A stretch of DNA of 64,000 nucleotides from Octopus vulgaris (lineage: Eukaryota). A program made the translations under genes and the position numbers. The notes below the pieces were generated by a model. It worked only from the letters and a program-made list of their open reading frames with translations, did no database searches and was not told the origin of the DNA. The stretch lies in NCBI GenBank assembly GCA_951406725.2, contig OX597835.1, forward strand, positions 38,316,001 through 38,380,000, in the 5' to 3' direction. How positions within the stretch are numbered: position 1 is the first letter of the stretch; the number at the start of each line of letters is the position of its first letter. Positions 1 to 11,986 of this stretch are shown here, piece after piece.

Positions 1-99
1 ATAAATTGCTTTTCTATTTCAGAATCTTCATCATTGACGTTAGAAAAATTTCGATGGGTTGATCCCATTCCGTTTGATTCTGTCTCACTTAAAACATAC

Positions 100-355
100 T
101 CTTTTATCTTTTATTAGTTTCAGTGATTGGACAGCGGCCATAAGGAAGCACCTCTTTGCAGAATTTCGTCGAATAAATCAACCTCAGCTTCTTATATTTC
201 TTTTTGTCTGATACATATTCCACATGTCTCTTTTTCTAAACGGCTATGTTGCGGGAAAGTAAACAAAGCAACACCGACTGTCATGGAATAATGGGGGACA
301 AACATAAATACAAAGACACACACATACACACGCACACACACGCACACACACATAC
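100..355 (-). mobile_element. Degenerate partial copy of SINE family A (tRNA-derived, CORE-like)
   Basis: Diverged match to the 3' half of the family seen intact at 4217-4670 and 51482-51941 (tttcagt..cggccat..gcacc..ggggacaaac..). Confidence 0.6.
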
Positions 356-398
356 ATATTTAGTTGAGGTCAACCGTGTAAAAGACTGTTGTATATGC

Positions 399-399
<1 letters not shown>

Positions 400-494
<95 letters not shown>
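400..494. repeat. (TATC)n microsatellite
   Basis: Perfect tetranucleotide run. Confidence 0.97.
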
Positions 495-495
<1 letters not shown>

Positions 496-1115
496 AAACT
501 TGTGCAACAACTAATACATTCGGTTGTGCAAATTCTTTGCACGGGAAATCTGCCCTGTGTTTCCCGATTTTGTAAAAAATGGTTTTCGGCTTTTCTGACC
601 ATTTTCTGTTCTGAGCATGGCGTCTTGAAGCCCTGAAGTCGTCGTCGAAAAGAACGCCGGTCTCCTCGGCAACGCTTACGACGTTGATTTCCCTACCCTG
701 CCTTCCCCAGAGCTTCATGGAGGAGGGGGAAGGAGGGGGAGAAGCAACACAGGTGCAGGTGTGAGCATGGAGGACGCCAACACCGCCACCGCCACCGACA
801 CACGAAGAAATTGGAAGAACCCAGACGACAGCTTCACGGTCAACCACTACTACTACTACTACGGACAACTCTGCCACAAACGTCACCACCACCACCACCA
901 CCACCGCCGCCACCACCACCACCACCACTACAATTACCATCACCATCACCACCACCACCACCACCACCACCACCACCGCCGCCGCCGCCGCCGCCGCCAC
1001 CGCCACCACCACAATCACCACCACCACCACCATCGCCACCACCACCACTGCCACCACGAACGCGGAGTAGATGAAACCATGGCAACTAAAGAAGGGGAAT
1101 TTTCCTTGCGTTCTA
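495..1115 (-). repeat. Copy of ~300 bp Helitron-associated module plus (CAC/GGT)n tract
   Basis: Reverse complement matches 30750-31050 and 31455-31780, including gaagaacccagacgacagcttca and the gtgcaaa-nnn-tttgcac hairpin; (CAC)n-rich tract at ~842-1057. Confidence 0.8.
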
Positions 1116-1354
1116 TATCCTGTACTCTGTTTTTTCGTTGTTTAAGAAAAATGTCCAGTTCCTTGGTTTTGGGTTTATGTTTTCATTTCTCATTGTGTTC
1201 GAGGTTTTTTTTGGTGTCCTGTACCCATATATGCATGTATATATACATGTAGACGTAGGTACGTACATATATGTATGTATATATGCATATGTTTTATTTA
1301 TTAATTTGTTATTATACGACAGAACGTACGCATCCATTTCTAAGTAAGTTTGTT

Positions 1355-1481
<127 letters not shown>

Positions 1482-1640
1482 GTGTGTATTTTTCCCTTGT
1501 TAACAATTAACACGGAAATAATATACAAATAGTTACCAGGGTAGCAAAAAAATCACACAAGTAAAAAGGTTGTTAATCCTTGTTTTAAAGGTAGAAACTA
1601 CGGGTTTACGTTATATTTTTTGTATAATATACATAATTAA

Positions 1641-1836
1641 ATAAATGGAGTTACACACAGGTATTATTCAAATTCTTTTACTTCCGTCACATGTTTCGAA
1701 GATATCACTGGTATTATTCCAAAGGAATAAAATGGTGTAAAACAATGTAATAATCATCTCTTCAGGGAAATGAAGAAATGAAACATGTGTCGGAAGTAAA
1801 AGAATTTGAATAACACCTGCATTTAACTCCATTTAT
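1641..1836. mobile_element. Penelope-like element remnant: inverted repeat with hammerhead motif
   Basis: ~57 bp inverted arms 1641-1697 / 1780-1836. Minus strand reads ttcc-CTGAAGA-gatgat..atcttc-GAAAC-atgt-GAC-ggaag; the plus arm carries GAAAC-atgt-GTC-ggaag. Confidence 0.65.
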
Positions 1837-1859
1837 ATATATATATATATATACATTTA

Positions 1860-1922
<63 letters not shown>

Positions 1923-1928
1923 ATATAC

Positions 1929-1971
<43 letters not shown>

Positions 1972-1984
1972 CATACATACACTG

Positions 1985-2130
1985 TATGTCAACTAAATTC
2001 GCATAAAAGGCATTGGTCTGTCTGGGGCTATAGGAGAATACACTTGTGCAAGGTGCTGTGCATTCCGACTGAACCCGTAACCACGAGGTTACAAAGGGAT
2101 CTTTAGAACTATGAAGCCATACCTGCACCT
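1985..2130 (-). mobile_element. SINE family A head, degenerate
   Basis: ggggctataggagaatacacttgtgcaaggtgc..gactgaacccg..gccatacctgcacct. Confidence 0.7.
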
Positions 2131-2636
2131 GTTTAATATTTACATAAAAAAACGCTTATTTTCAGCCAACCTTTTAATCACATTCAAACTGCTAATTTAG
2201 CATCCTGAACAAATTAATTCCATAATAAAATTCTTAATTAAACCACAATACACAGATTTCCAGCGACAGATCCCTTCTGTAGAATCATTATCGTCAGTTA
2301 TTTCAGCTATGTTGGCATCAGATGTGAACTCGTACATTTGTCTTCTCTTTCGACTCACGCCCCCAGGATTATCGTAGCTTTTGATTTCCATCACAAAATT
2401 TAAAACGCCATCTTTGGCTTCATTTGAAGTTCTTTTTCATTTGCTTCATAATTTCATCAAACCTTCAAAGATTTAACGATGGAACAGCCTTCGGCTGTTT
2501 CTCACCAAAGACTTTTTTTTTCATCACGTCAATATTTGCACGGTTTTAAGACTGCGAGCTGGCAGAATCGTTAGTACGCCAGGCAAATGTACAGCACGGG
2601 CCAAAATGCATAACGGCATTGCGTCCATATTTATTG

Positions 2637-2758
2637 CAGCGTGGAAGGTGTTTATAAGCCATTTAAGAAACGCACAAAAACTGTTAGATTCACTTCAACA
2701 TTTAAATTTTTCAAAATGTTTTCGTCGCTTTGAGACCGCGACCTTTTCACTGAAAAAC
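2637..2758 (+). repeat. Unclassified interspersed repeat (second copy inverted at 4815-5010)
   Basis: cagcgtggaaggtgtttataagccatttaagaaac..cgtcgctttgagaccgcgac matches the reverse complement of 4815-4950. Confidence 0.75.
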
Positions 2759-2765
2759 GTCGACG

Positions 2766-2916
2766 CCAGTGCGTAACTGGTACTTATTTAATCGACCCCG
2801 AAAGGATGAAAAGCAAAGTCGACCTCGGCGGAATTTGAACTCAGAACGTAGCGGCAGACGAAATACCGCAAGGCATTTCGCCTGGCGTGCTAACGTTTCT
2901 ACCAGCTCGCCGCCTT
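2766..2916 (-). mobile_element. SINE family B (tRNA-like head ggcggcgagctggcagaaacgttagc)
   Basis: B-box-like GAGTTCAAATTCC and central gtcgactttgcctttcatcctttcggggtcgat domain; near-identical to many copies in the window. Confidence 0.85.
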
Positions 2917-3413
2917 AAACAAGGAAAAGATACCTGTCAACTAATGTCTCTGGTTCCAATGCCCTTGTTGCAATTATTTGTAGAATCCAGCACTTTATAC
3001 AAAATACCATCTATTAAATTTTCGAGCATATGTTTACGTCATACCTTGTCTTTTCTATTAAGTTAAACCTGAAAAAATTTTTTTCCGATGTTAATACAAT
3101 GTCGATATGGTGGAATGCAAGAGCTTTAATTTCAAATTCGTCACTCTACCTGCTTTTTGACATATCAAGTAGAAAAGAATCTGTACGATTTTTGTTCAAT
3201 TTCCGTCATTTAAAGCAGGAACTGAACGAGTTATGAATCGTTTGAACTGTTCCAAATCATATTATGACTTCCGGTATGCACTCACCAACGTCATTTCCGT
3301 CCAGATTGATAGCATGTCAACCACCTAAAGCAAAGAGTTGTATTTAGCTGAAAGGAAGGACTCTTTGTCACGAGAAACTAGTCAAATAATAATCGGCAAG
3401 TGTCAAGTGTAAC

Positions 3414-3715
3414 CCCTCGAAAGAGCTGTTCTTCACTCCTACTCCAGAGCCTAGGTTGCGGGGTCACTCTGAAAAGCTCTATCTGCGACGATTTCATCTC
3501 AATCGAAGGAGTGGGGCTTTCTCCGTCCGGATTGCGGATCCGTGGAATAAGCTGCCGGACGAGATAGTGAAGATGCCGACGACCGCTCGGTTCAAAGTCT
3601 CTCTTGACCAGAAATGGCCTGAACTCTTTGCATGGACACCACCCAGTACATAACGCCATATCCCCCTACATGGCCTTGCTTTATGCTTTTTGAGTCAAAA
3701 GATTAACTTAACTTA
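3414..3715 (+). mobile_element. 3' end of CR1-clade LINE (ORF2 C-terminus + 3' UTR)
   Basis: ORF 3456-3653 RGHSEKL..RRSGAFSVRIADPWNKLP..FKVSLD matches the CR1 ORF2 C-terminal motif; short (TAACT)n-like tail at ~3703-3715. Confidence 0.8.
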
Positions 3716-4052
3716 TGTGAAACTTTCTAAGCAAAACACAGCAGTTTACGAAATTTGAGCTGAGGTACTCTCCAAGTGAAAGGTGTCCATGAGAACACTG
3801 AAGTCCAGCGAGAGTTCTGCGACTGGTGGGGTATTGTACTGGGTGCAGTTGATTACCATGTCGCTCCTAATCTATTGAACCCATCTCGACAGTGTAGATA
3901 AGTACTCTGATTCCTTTGTAGAAAATTGCATCAACTCAATTTCGGCGACCAATCGTTTGAACTGTTCCAAATTGGTATGACTTCCGGTATGCACTCATCT
4001 ACATCATTTCCGCACAAATTAAAAGTGTGTCAGCACATCGGAAAATATATCA

Positions 4053-4215
4053 GTTTCAAATTTTAGCACAAGGCCAGCAATTCCAGGGGAGTAGTAAATC
4101 AATTACATCTACCCCTGTTTTCAACTGGTACTCATTTTATCGACCTAGAAAGGACGAAAGGCAAAGTCATCTCAGTGGATTTTGAACTCAGAACGTAAAG
4201 ACGGACGAAGTGCCA
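4053..4215 (-). mobile_element. SINE family B variant (alternative 3' end)
   Basis: caactggtactcattttatcgacc..gaaaggcaaagtc..tgaactcagaacgtaaag. Confidence 0.7.
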
Positions 4216-4216
4216 C

Positions 4217-4373
4217 AGGAGTGGCTATGCGGTAAGTAGCTTGCTTACCATCCACATGGTTCCGGTTTCAGTCCCACTGCGTGGCCCCTTGGGCAGGTGC
4301 TTTTTACTATAGCCTCGGGCGGACTAGAGCCTTGTGAGTGGATTTGGTAGACGGAAACTGAAAGAAGTCCGTC

Positions 4374-4464
<91 letters not shown>

Positions 4465-4670
4465 CTTGTGTGTCTGTGTTTGTCCCCCAACATCGCTTGA
4501 CAACCGATGCTGGTGTGTTTACGTCCCCGTAACTTAGTGGTTCGGCAAAAGAGACCGATAGAATAAATACTAGACTTACTGAGAATAAGTCCTGGGGTCG
4601 ATTTGCTCGACTAAAGGCGGTGCTCCGGCATGGCCACAGTCAAATGACCGAAATAAGTAAAAGAGTAAAA
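4217..4670 (+). mobile_element. SINE family A, full length (tRNA head, CORE-like segment, internal (TA)/(TG) microsatellite)
   Basis: A-box-like TGGCTATGCGG, B-box-like GTTTCAGTCCC, CORE-like ccttgggcaggtg, tail gtaaaagagtaaaa; resembles octopus OR-type SINEs. Confidence 0.85.
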
Positions 4671-4814
4671 GCCTTTTATCCGGAGTACTGTCGATACTAC
4701 TAGCTCATCGCATTCGCATGGGGAAATATTGCTATTGAACTGAACTAGAGGAGTCTTAATCGCATTCTCAATAACTGAGAAATATTTTAAACATCAAAAC
4801 AGATGCAGATACAG

Positions 4815-5012
4815 CACGGAATTTTGTCAGTGAACAAGTCGCGGTCTCAAAGCGACGAAAATATTTTGACAAATTAAATTTAAATGTTGAAGTGAATCTA
4901 ACGGTTTTTGTTTGTTTCTTAAATGGCTTATAAACACCTTCCACGCTGCAATTGTTTTCGTTCCAGCACACGATCTGAGATCAGGTCACTCGTTATGCAA
5001 GTACATCTCCGT
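4815..5012 (-). repeat. Unclassified interspersed repeat
   Basis: Inverted copy of 2637-2758 with extra flanking sequence. Confidence 0.7.
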
Positions 5013-5349
5013 AATTTTAAACATCTCTGCAGCAAAATGCATTGAATGATATTGCTAGAATATTTTATGATAAAAAATATTCTGCGACCTGGGGCACATG
5101 TAGGGCAAATTCTTTCCTCTTTTCACCTTTTTTTCTGGCATCGGTCTATTCAAAGCCTATGTTATTGGCGAACAGGATCCATTTTCACAGCAATTCTGTC
5201 AAACCAAAGTGGTTTCCGTTGTTTAGATTCCAAGTTCGCTGCGATGAAACGAAACGGTAAACCATGTGTCCACGTTACCCCAAACCTCAATAACAACATT
5301 AATCATCGTTCCAAAATATTGTGTCATGTCACTGCTTTTGCTCTTCGAG

Positions 5350-5544
5350 ATGCTAGGTATGGCTGAGTAGTTAAGAAGCTCATGTCGTAACCACGTGGTT
5401 CCGAGGGCACTCCTAGTGCGTGGCACCTTGGACAAGTGTCTTCTACTGAAGCTCTGAACCGATCAATGCCTTCTGAATGAATCTGGGAGACGGAAAATAT
5501 AAGAAGCCCTTGGTATTTATATACGTGTGTGCGTGTGTATGTGT

Positions 5545-5585
<41 letters not shown>

Positions 5586-5800
5586 TGTGTGTGTGTTTCT
5601 CTCCCCCGCCAATGCTTGGCACCGGTGCTGGTTTGTTTATGAACCGATATTGTAGCGGTCCAGCAAAATAGACCGATAAAATAAGTACCAGACTTAGAAC
5701 AAATACTAGGGTTGATTTGCCCGTCTAAACCCTTCAAGGCGGTGCCCCAGCATGGCCGCAGTTCAGTAACTGAAATAAGTATAAGACAAAAAGATAAAAG
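5350..5800 (+). mobile_element. SINE family A, diverged
   Basis: tggctgagtagttaagaagc..ggcaccttggacaagtgtcttctac..gcatggccgcagttc. Confidence 0.8.
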
Positions 5801-5804
5801 AGAT

Positions 5805-6300
5805 CTCTCCCAGTTGAAAGATATCTTAGAAGTTCTCTCCAAGCTTCATAGCATTCCTTAGCTTTTGGTTACCTTACACTAACTGTCCAACCTTTAGCTG
5901 ATATTGTGGCAGACTTTGAAATTGAAGCTTTTGTAGTGCCAGAAAAATCGACAATGTAAGCGATATAACATTTCCTTTCAACTCCAAACCAGTCAGTCTC
6001 TTTTGTGTTGTAGCATTTATTTTTACGTTGGAAACTACCCAGAAATTTCAAGACACTTTAAAAAAAAAAACAAAAACGGTTTAGTGCTTATGTCCTTTGT
6101 AAATTGCTTACGTAGTGGAATGTGGTCACTGGTGGCATATTTCTATATTCATGATTCAAAAGGAAATTCATTTGTGAACGGCCCAATGTCAAGGTCAACG
6201 CCCGACTTAACTTTCTTCCTGTCTGAACAATCAGGATGTAACCAGCTCATCTTCAACATTGCTTGCGTTGGAAACAGGAATATCATTTGCCATTACTTTG
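5805..6300 (-). pseudogene. Decayed hAT transposase N-terminus (TTF zinc-finger type)
   Basis: Minus-strand frame-shifted pieces: KQFTKD..PF, ETDWF, LYRLHCRFF, SAKGW, ECYEAWRELLRYLSTG. These follow the order of ZnF_TTF/hAT motifs (FPKD..RF, RDWL, YC..C.LF, GF..W, W.EL..L). Confidence 0.5.
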
Positions 6301-6488
6301 ACTGATTCGGTATTTCTTCTATGCGGCCTGGTTATTTTTAATGTCCATCGTCACATCTTTATTGCGTCTGTTTGTGATTACATCAGCTCCTGCGTATTTC
6401 AGGTCACAAACTGGATTTTCAAAAACATCTTTGGAAACAGAAGAGCCTTTGGTGTCTCCTATAAGAAATATATTTAGTACCCTTAGTG

Positions 6489-6590
6489 AAAGCGTGTGGC
6501 TTAGTGGTTAGGGATATTGAGTTCACGCTCTAAGGTCGTGGGTTCGATTCTAGGCAGCGCACTATGTCCTTGAGCAAGACACTTTATTTC
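6489..6590 (+). mobile_element. SINE family C head
   Basis: A box TGGCTTAGTGG, B box GGTTCGATTC, then tgtccttgagcaagacactttatttc. Confidence 0.75.
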
Positions 6591-7060
6591 TATTTCTTTA
6601 CTACCCACAAGGGGCTAAACACAGTGAGGACAAACAAGAACAGGCAAACGAATTAAGTCGATTATATCGACCCCAGTGCGTAACTGGTACTTATTTAATC
6701 GACCCCGAAAGGATGAAAGGCAAAGTCGACCTCGGCGGAATTTGAACTCAGAACGTAACCGCAGACGAAATACCACTAAGCATTTCGCCCGGCGTGCTAA
6801 CGTTTCTGCCAGCTCGCCTGTTATACCAACATTTGAAACCAGAAACGATAAGCTGACAGATGCATTAGCACGCCGGACAAAATGCTTAGTGGCATTTCTT
6901 CCGGTATTAAGTTCTGAGATCAAAATGCCACCGAGTTCAACCTAGTCTTTCATCCTTTTAGAGTCGACAAAATAAGTATCATTTCAGCACTAGAGGCGGT
7001 GTAATCGACTTCCTCTTCCGTTAAAAATTGATGGCTGTATGTCGAAATTTGAAACTATTA
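6589..7060. mobile_element. Two SINE family B copies, divergent (6589-6818 minus; ~6850-7060 plus)
   Basis: Matches to the family B consensus on opposite strands. Confidence 0.8.
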
Positions 7061-7249
7061 TTTCAATGTTTTACAGATTTATTTTGATCCATCTGAGATG
7101 AATTCACTTGTGATTGTTAGGTCAGCCATAGTAACATAATTCCCGTCTATTGCCCTATCATGCTTCCACATAAGAAATTTAAACTGACATTCCCGTTCGT
7201 TTATATTATAGTTTCTCTCATAATTAGCATTCCGCCTTTTATTTTATTT

Positions 7250-7675
7250 TACTCTTTACTCTCTCTTTTACTCTTTTACTTGTTTCAGCCATTTGACTGT
7301 GGCCATGCTGGAGCACCGCGTTTAGTCGAGGAAATCGACCCCAGGACTTATTCTTTGTAAGCCTAGTACTTATTCTATCGGTGTCTTTTGCCGAACCGCT
7401 AAGTTACAGGTACGTAAACACACCAGCATCGGTTGTCAAGAGATTTTGGGGGGTGGGGACAAACACAGACACACAAGCACACACACACATACATATATAT
7501 ATACATATATACGACGGGCTTCTTTCAGTTTCCGTCTACCAAATCTACTCACAAGGCTTTGGTCGGCCCGAGTCTATAGTAGAAGACACTTGCCCAAGGT
7601 GCCACGCAGCGGGACTGAACCCGGAACCATGAGGTTCGTAAGCAAGCTACTTACCACACAGTCACTCCTACGCCT
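7250..7675 (-). mobile_element. SINE family A, full length
   Basis: Reverse complement of 4217-4670, ending in cacacagtcactcctacgcct. Confidence 0.9.
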
Positions 7676-7804
7676 AAGATTAAGTAAAGACTAGAGGGCG
7701 CGCTGATATTTCCACGGGTAGATACATTTTTTAAACCATGTTGAATTACAGAAAAATTTTTGAACACCGATGCGTAGGGTTTTAAAAAACCAAATACGTT
7801 TATC

Positions 7805-8185
7805 ATTGACTTGTTTCAGTTATTTATGTGCGGCCATGCTAGAGCACCAACTTGAAGCGTTTGTTTGAGCAAATAGACCCCAGGACTTCTAACTGTAATG
7901 CTTTTTGTATCATTCTTTTCAGCTGAACAGCTAATTTATAAAGAGGTAAACGAACCAACGCCGGTTGTGAAGCGCGCGTGTGTGTGTGAACAACACACAT
8001 GCAAATATACAGACGGGCTTCCACACAGTTTCCATCTACGAAATTCACTCAGAAGGCATTGGCTGGCCAGGGGCTATAGTAAAAGAATAATACACTTGCT
8101 CAAGGTGGTGCGTAGTGAGACTGAACCCGAAACAAAATGATTGCATAGCAAACTTCTTAACCACACATCCACATCTATGCCTATA
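7805..8185 (-). mobile_element. SINE family A, older copy
   Basis: cggccatgctagagcacc..gggctatagt..gactgaacccgaaac. Confidence 0.75.
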
Positions 8186-8470
8186 TACTTTAAAAATTCC
8201 TTTCCGTCGTTTTTTCAATTCAAATAATCCACAGAGTAAAAATGGCGGCTTCAATGTCTTGCGGTAGGATAAAAAAAAATCCTAACAAAAAATTTTTTTT
8301 TCAATAAAAGCCCCATATTCATGCACACTGGGATTTGTTGCTTTAATATAGTAAATATTAAATTTCTCTGTCGATATTATTAGCATTGAAAGATTCTTTA
8401 ATTTGATGAAAAAAAATTTGCAAAACAAAAAAGCTCATAGGAAAAAATCTTATAGAAAAATCATTACCAA

Positions 8471-8612
8471 AATGTATACATTTTTATATTTTCATAAATA
8501 ACGTAATGCAGCTTTTGCTAACTCAACTTAACGTGCCATAATGATAGGGTTAGGGTCAGGTAACGTAAGGTTAGATTAGTTTATTTACGAAAATATAGAA
8601 AGTGTTTACATT
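8471..8612. mobile_element. Small MITE-like inverted-repeat element with internal TTAGG(G)-like repeats
   Basis: ~32 bp imperfect inverted arms 8471-8502 / 8580-8612 around tagggttagggtcagg..ggttagattag. Confidence 0.5.
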
Positions 8613-8984
8613 ACAAATAATTTTCCCCAGTGTTAATAGCAGCGTTAATAATAGTCTACGTACGAGTGTATCGTATGGCAAATATAGGAATGCAGAGTTG
8701 ATATAAAAGGAAAGAAAGTGTTTTTGCAAGCATGGCTGTGTGGTTAACGTGCTTGTGTTGAAGTTGTCGGGTTCAGTCCTACTGTATTGTTAGGGTGGCA
8801 AATGTCTTCTATTATAGCCCCGACCCCCGACCAAAACTTTGAGTGGATTTGGTAGACGGTGACTTGCTTTTGTTTTTGTCTTAGGGTTATTATTCTTTTT
8901 CTTTTGCCGATGCGATAAATTTCGGGAAAGTAGACAAACCAACGCTAGTTATCAAGTGGCGGCGAGGTTACAGACTCAATAATA

Positions 8985-9570
<586 letters not shown>

Positions 9571-9895
9571 GTACATAAGAAAGCATGTATGTGTGTGTGG
9601 AAGAGGGCTGGTGACCTTGACGTGTGCGTGTGTATGTAGGTGTGTGGATGTGGGGTTGGGAAGTGCTCAGTGCTAGTGTGCGCGTGGTGGTCTGATGTGA
9701 TGTGGTGTGGTGTGGTGTGGTATGGTGGTGTATGGTGTAGTGGGGTGTGGTGTGATGTATTGGGAGGTGGGGGAGGCGAGAGTGTGGAATATATATATAT
9801 ATGAATAACAATAGGGTAATAAGAAATTATTATTACCAGTGGCCTTGCACAAAAAACGAATTAGTCATTAGACTATATATTATTCACATAGGAAT

Positions 9896-10158
9896 ACAAT
9901 AAGAGGCTTCCAAATAGGAAAGCCTTGTGCTAGAAAGAGCAGAAGAAAAACTCAAAACCACCAAATTGGATAAATTTTCGAAAGGAATGAAAATTAAAAA
10001 CGTTTACTGGAAATAGTTAGAAACCATGGTCTGGGAAATAATTGAGATGGTAAAAGTTTTTAAGTTTCACTCCTTTCGAAAATTTATCCATTTTGGTGGT
10101 TTTGAGTTTTTCTACTATTCTTTCTAGCACAAGGCTTTCCTATTTGGAAGCCTCTTAT

Positions 10159-10161
<3 letters not shown>
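9896..10161. repeat. Long inverted repeat (~105 bp arms, ~54 bp spacer)
   Basis: 9896-10001 is the near reverse complement of 10056-10161; abuts (TA)n. Confidence 0.9.
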
Positions 10162-10215
<54 letters not shown>

Positions 10216-10331
10216 GTATAAACAATAAATTACATGAAGAGATTCAATTGACAATCCAATATTTCATTTATATTATAATATAACATAATATACTATGAAT
10301 ATAACATGGTATTACATTAAAATATCATGAA

Positions 10332-10432
10332 AAAACCAAAACAGCCGACAATTTGTTTCGACTTCTATACATTATTTGATTTATTAACAATTTATATTCA
10401 CTTATATAAGTCTCTTCAGAGCTTTGGTTTTT
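10332..10432 (-). ncRNA. Type I hammerhead ribozyme motif, intact core
   Basis: Minus: aaaaaccaaagct-CTGAAGA-gactt..aagtc-GAAAC-aaatt-GTC-ggctgttttggttttt; all core nucleotides present, stems I-III pair. Confidence 0.75.
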
Positions 10433-10684
10433 AGACAGACAAAATTCCGTGTGAAAAGACGGCTGGGTTGTAAAAAAAATAATTCAAATGCCTATGTACT
10501 ATGAGCGTGAGCATTAACTTTGCAACTACATAACAATTATAATTTAAAAAACAACCAAATTATAACGGAGAAAATTATTATGTAAATAGAATCTACAACT
10601 ATCGAAATATATTCCTATATATCTAAAATAATATTGATCCAAATTCGTTTAGGTCGAAGGCAATCTTTGGTTATTATATATATT

Positions 10685-11963
10685 CAGGTGTTGGACAAAA
10701 TAATGGAAACACATAGCATCATAACATTATAATTTTGAAATATCTACAAAACTGTCAAAAGCTTGTTTATTTTTGTGCTTTTTTTTTATTTATTATTACC
10801 GTTGCTTAATATGTTTTGCTAAAATTGCTGTTTCTTTTCAGATATCATCAGAAAAAGCTAATTAAAATTCATTAAAATGACACGTCTATCGGACTTTCAA
10901 AGAGGTCAAATTGTTGGTGCTGGTATGCAGCAGCTAGCGTTACGAAAACAGTCGAAATGTTTAGTGTATCAAAAAGTACTGTCTCAAAAGTAATGACAGC
11001 CTTTGAGAAAGAGGGAAAAAACCTTGTCGAAATAAAACTCCGGAAGAAAACTAAAACTTTCAGATAAGGATTGTTGGATTCTTACATGAATTCTTAGAAA
11101 GGATCGCAAACGTACAGCTCCCAAAATTACTGCAGAGCTTAATGGCCACCTCCAGAATCCAGTTTCCACAAAAACTGTTTGCCGAGAGCTGCACAAAGCC
11201 GGATTTCATGGGAGGGCTGCAATCAGAAAACCATTACTTTCAAAAACAAACATTGCCAAGCATTAAGAGTAGAGTAAAAACCTATAGAATTAGTTTCTAG
11301 AGCAGTGAAGGAATTTTATTTTCTTGGACAAGTCATCTTTACCTTGTTTTCAACCACCAGCTGCGTATACGTGTAGAGACAACCAAAAGAAGCATTTGAC
11401 CCACACTGCCTTCTTCCAACTGTTAAACATGGAGGAGGATCTTGGATGATCTGGGGTTGGGGGAGCTATATCTTGAAAATCCGCCGGACCAATGGTTTCC
11501 CTTCATGGCAGAATTAATAGTCAACCACTATTTAAGCATTTTATCTGGTGGAATTCATCCTATGGTTGCGGAACTATTTCCTGAGGGAAATGCAATCTTT
11601 CAGAATGATAATTGCACCAATTCACACAGGTAAAGTCGTTACTGAATGGCACGAGGAACATTCTAGTGAAGTTGAACATCTTATCTGGCCACCACAGTCC
11701 CCAGATCTCAATATTATCGAACATTTGTAGTGCATTTTAGAAAAATAAGTCAGGAGTCGATATCCTCCACCATCATCACTACAAGAACTGGTGACTTTTA
11801 GCTGAAGAATGGACAAAATTTCCTTCGGAAACAATTCAAACTTTGTACGAGTCCATACCTCTTAGAATTCAAGCTGTAATTACTGCCAAAGGTGGTCCTA
11901 CCCCATATTAAAATAAATTTGTTTGAAATTTTAAGGTGTTTCCATTATTTTATCCAATCCCTG
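10685..11963 (+). mobile_element. Tc1-family DNA transposon, full length, inactivated
   Basis: TIRs caggtgttggacaaaataatggaaacac / gtgtttccattattttatccaatccctg, followed by TA. Confidence 0.92.
10877..11910 (+). pseudogene. Tc1 DD34E transposase pseudogene
   Basis: MTRLSDFQRGQIVGA.., VKHGGGS, FQNDN, WPPQSPDLNIIEHL, GGPTPY*; broken by stops and frameshifts. Confidence 0.9.
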
Positions 11964-11986
11964 TATCTGTGTGTGTGTGTAACATG

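Noticed and set aside
811-1074. Poly-Pro (formin/extensin-like) and poly-His ORFs
   Set aside because: Translations of a (CAC)n tract inside a repeated element; open in several frames with no domain or splice support
2197-2394. Possible hAT transposase C-terminal remnant (RKRRQMYE..Y..LI..I.EL)
   Set aside because: Resemblance too weak to call without a profile search
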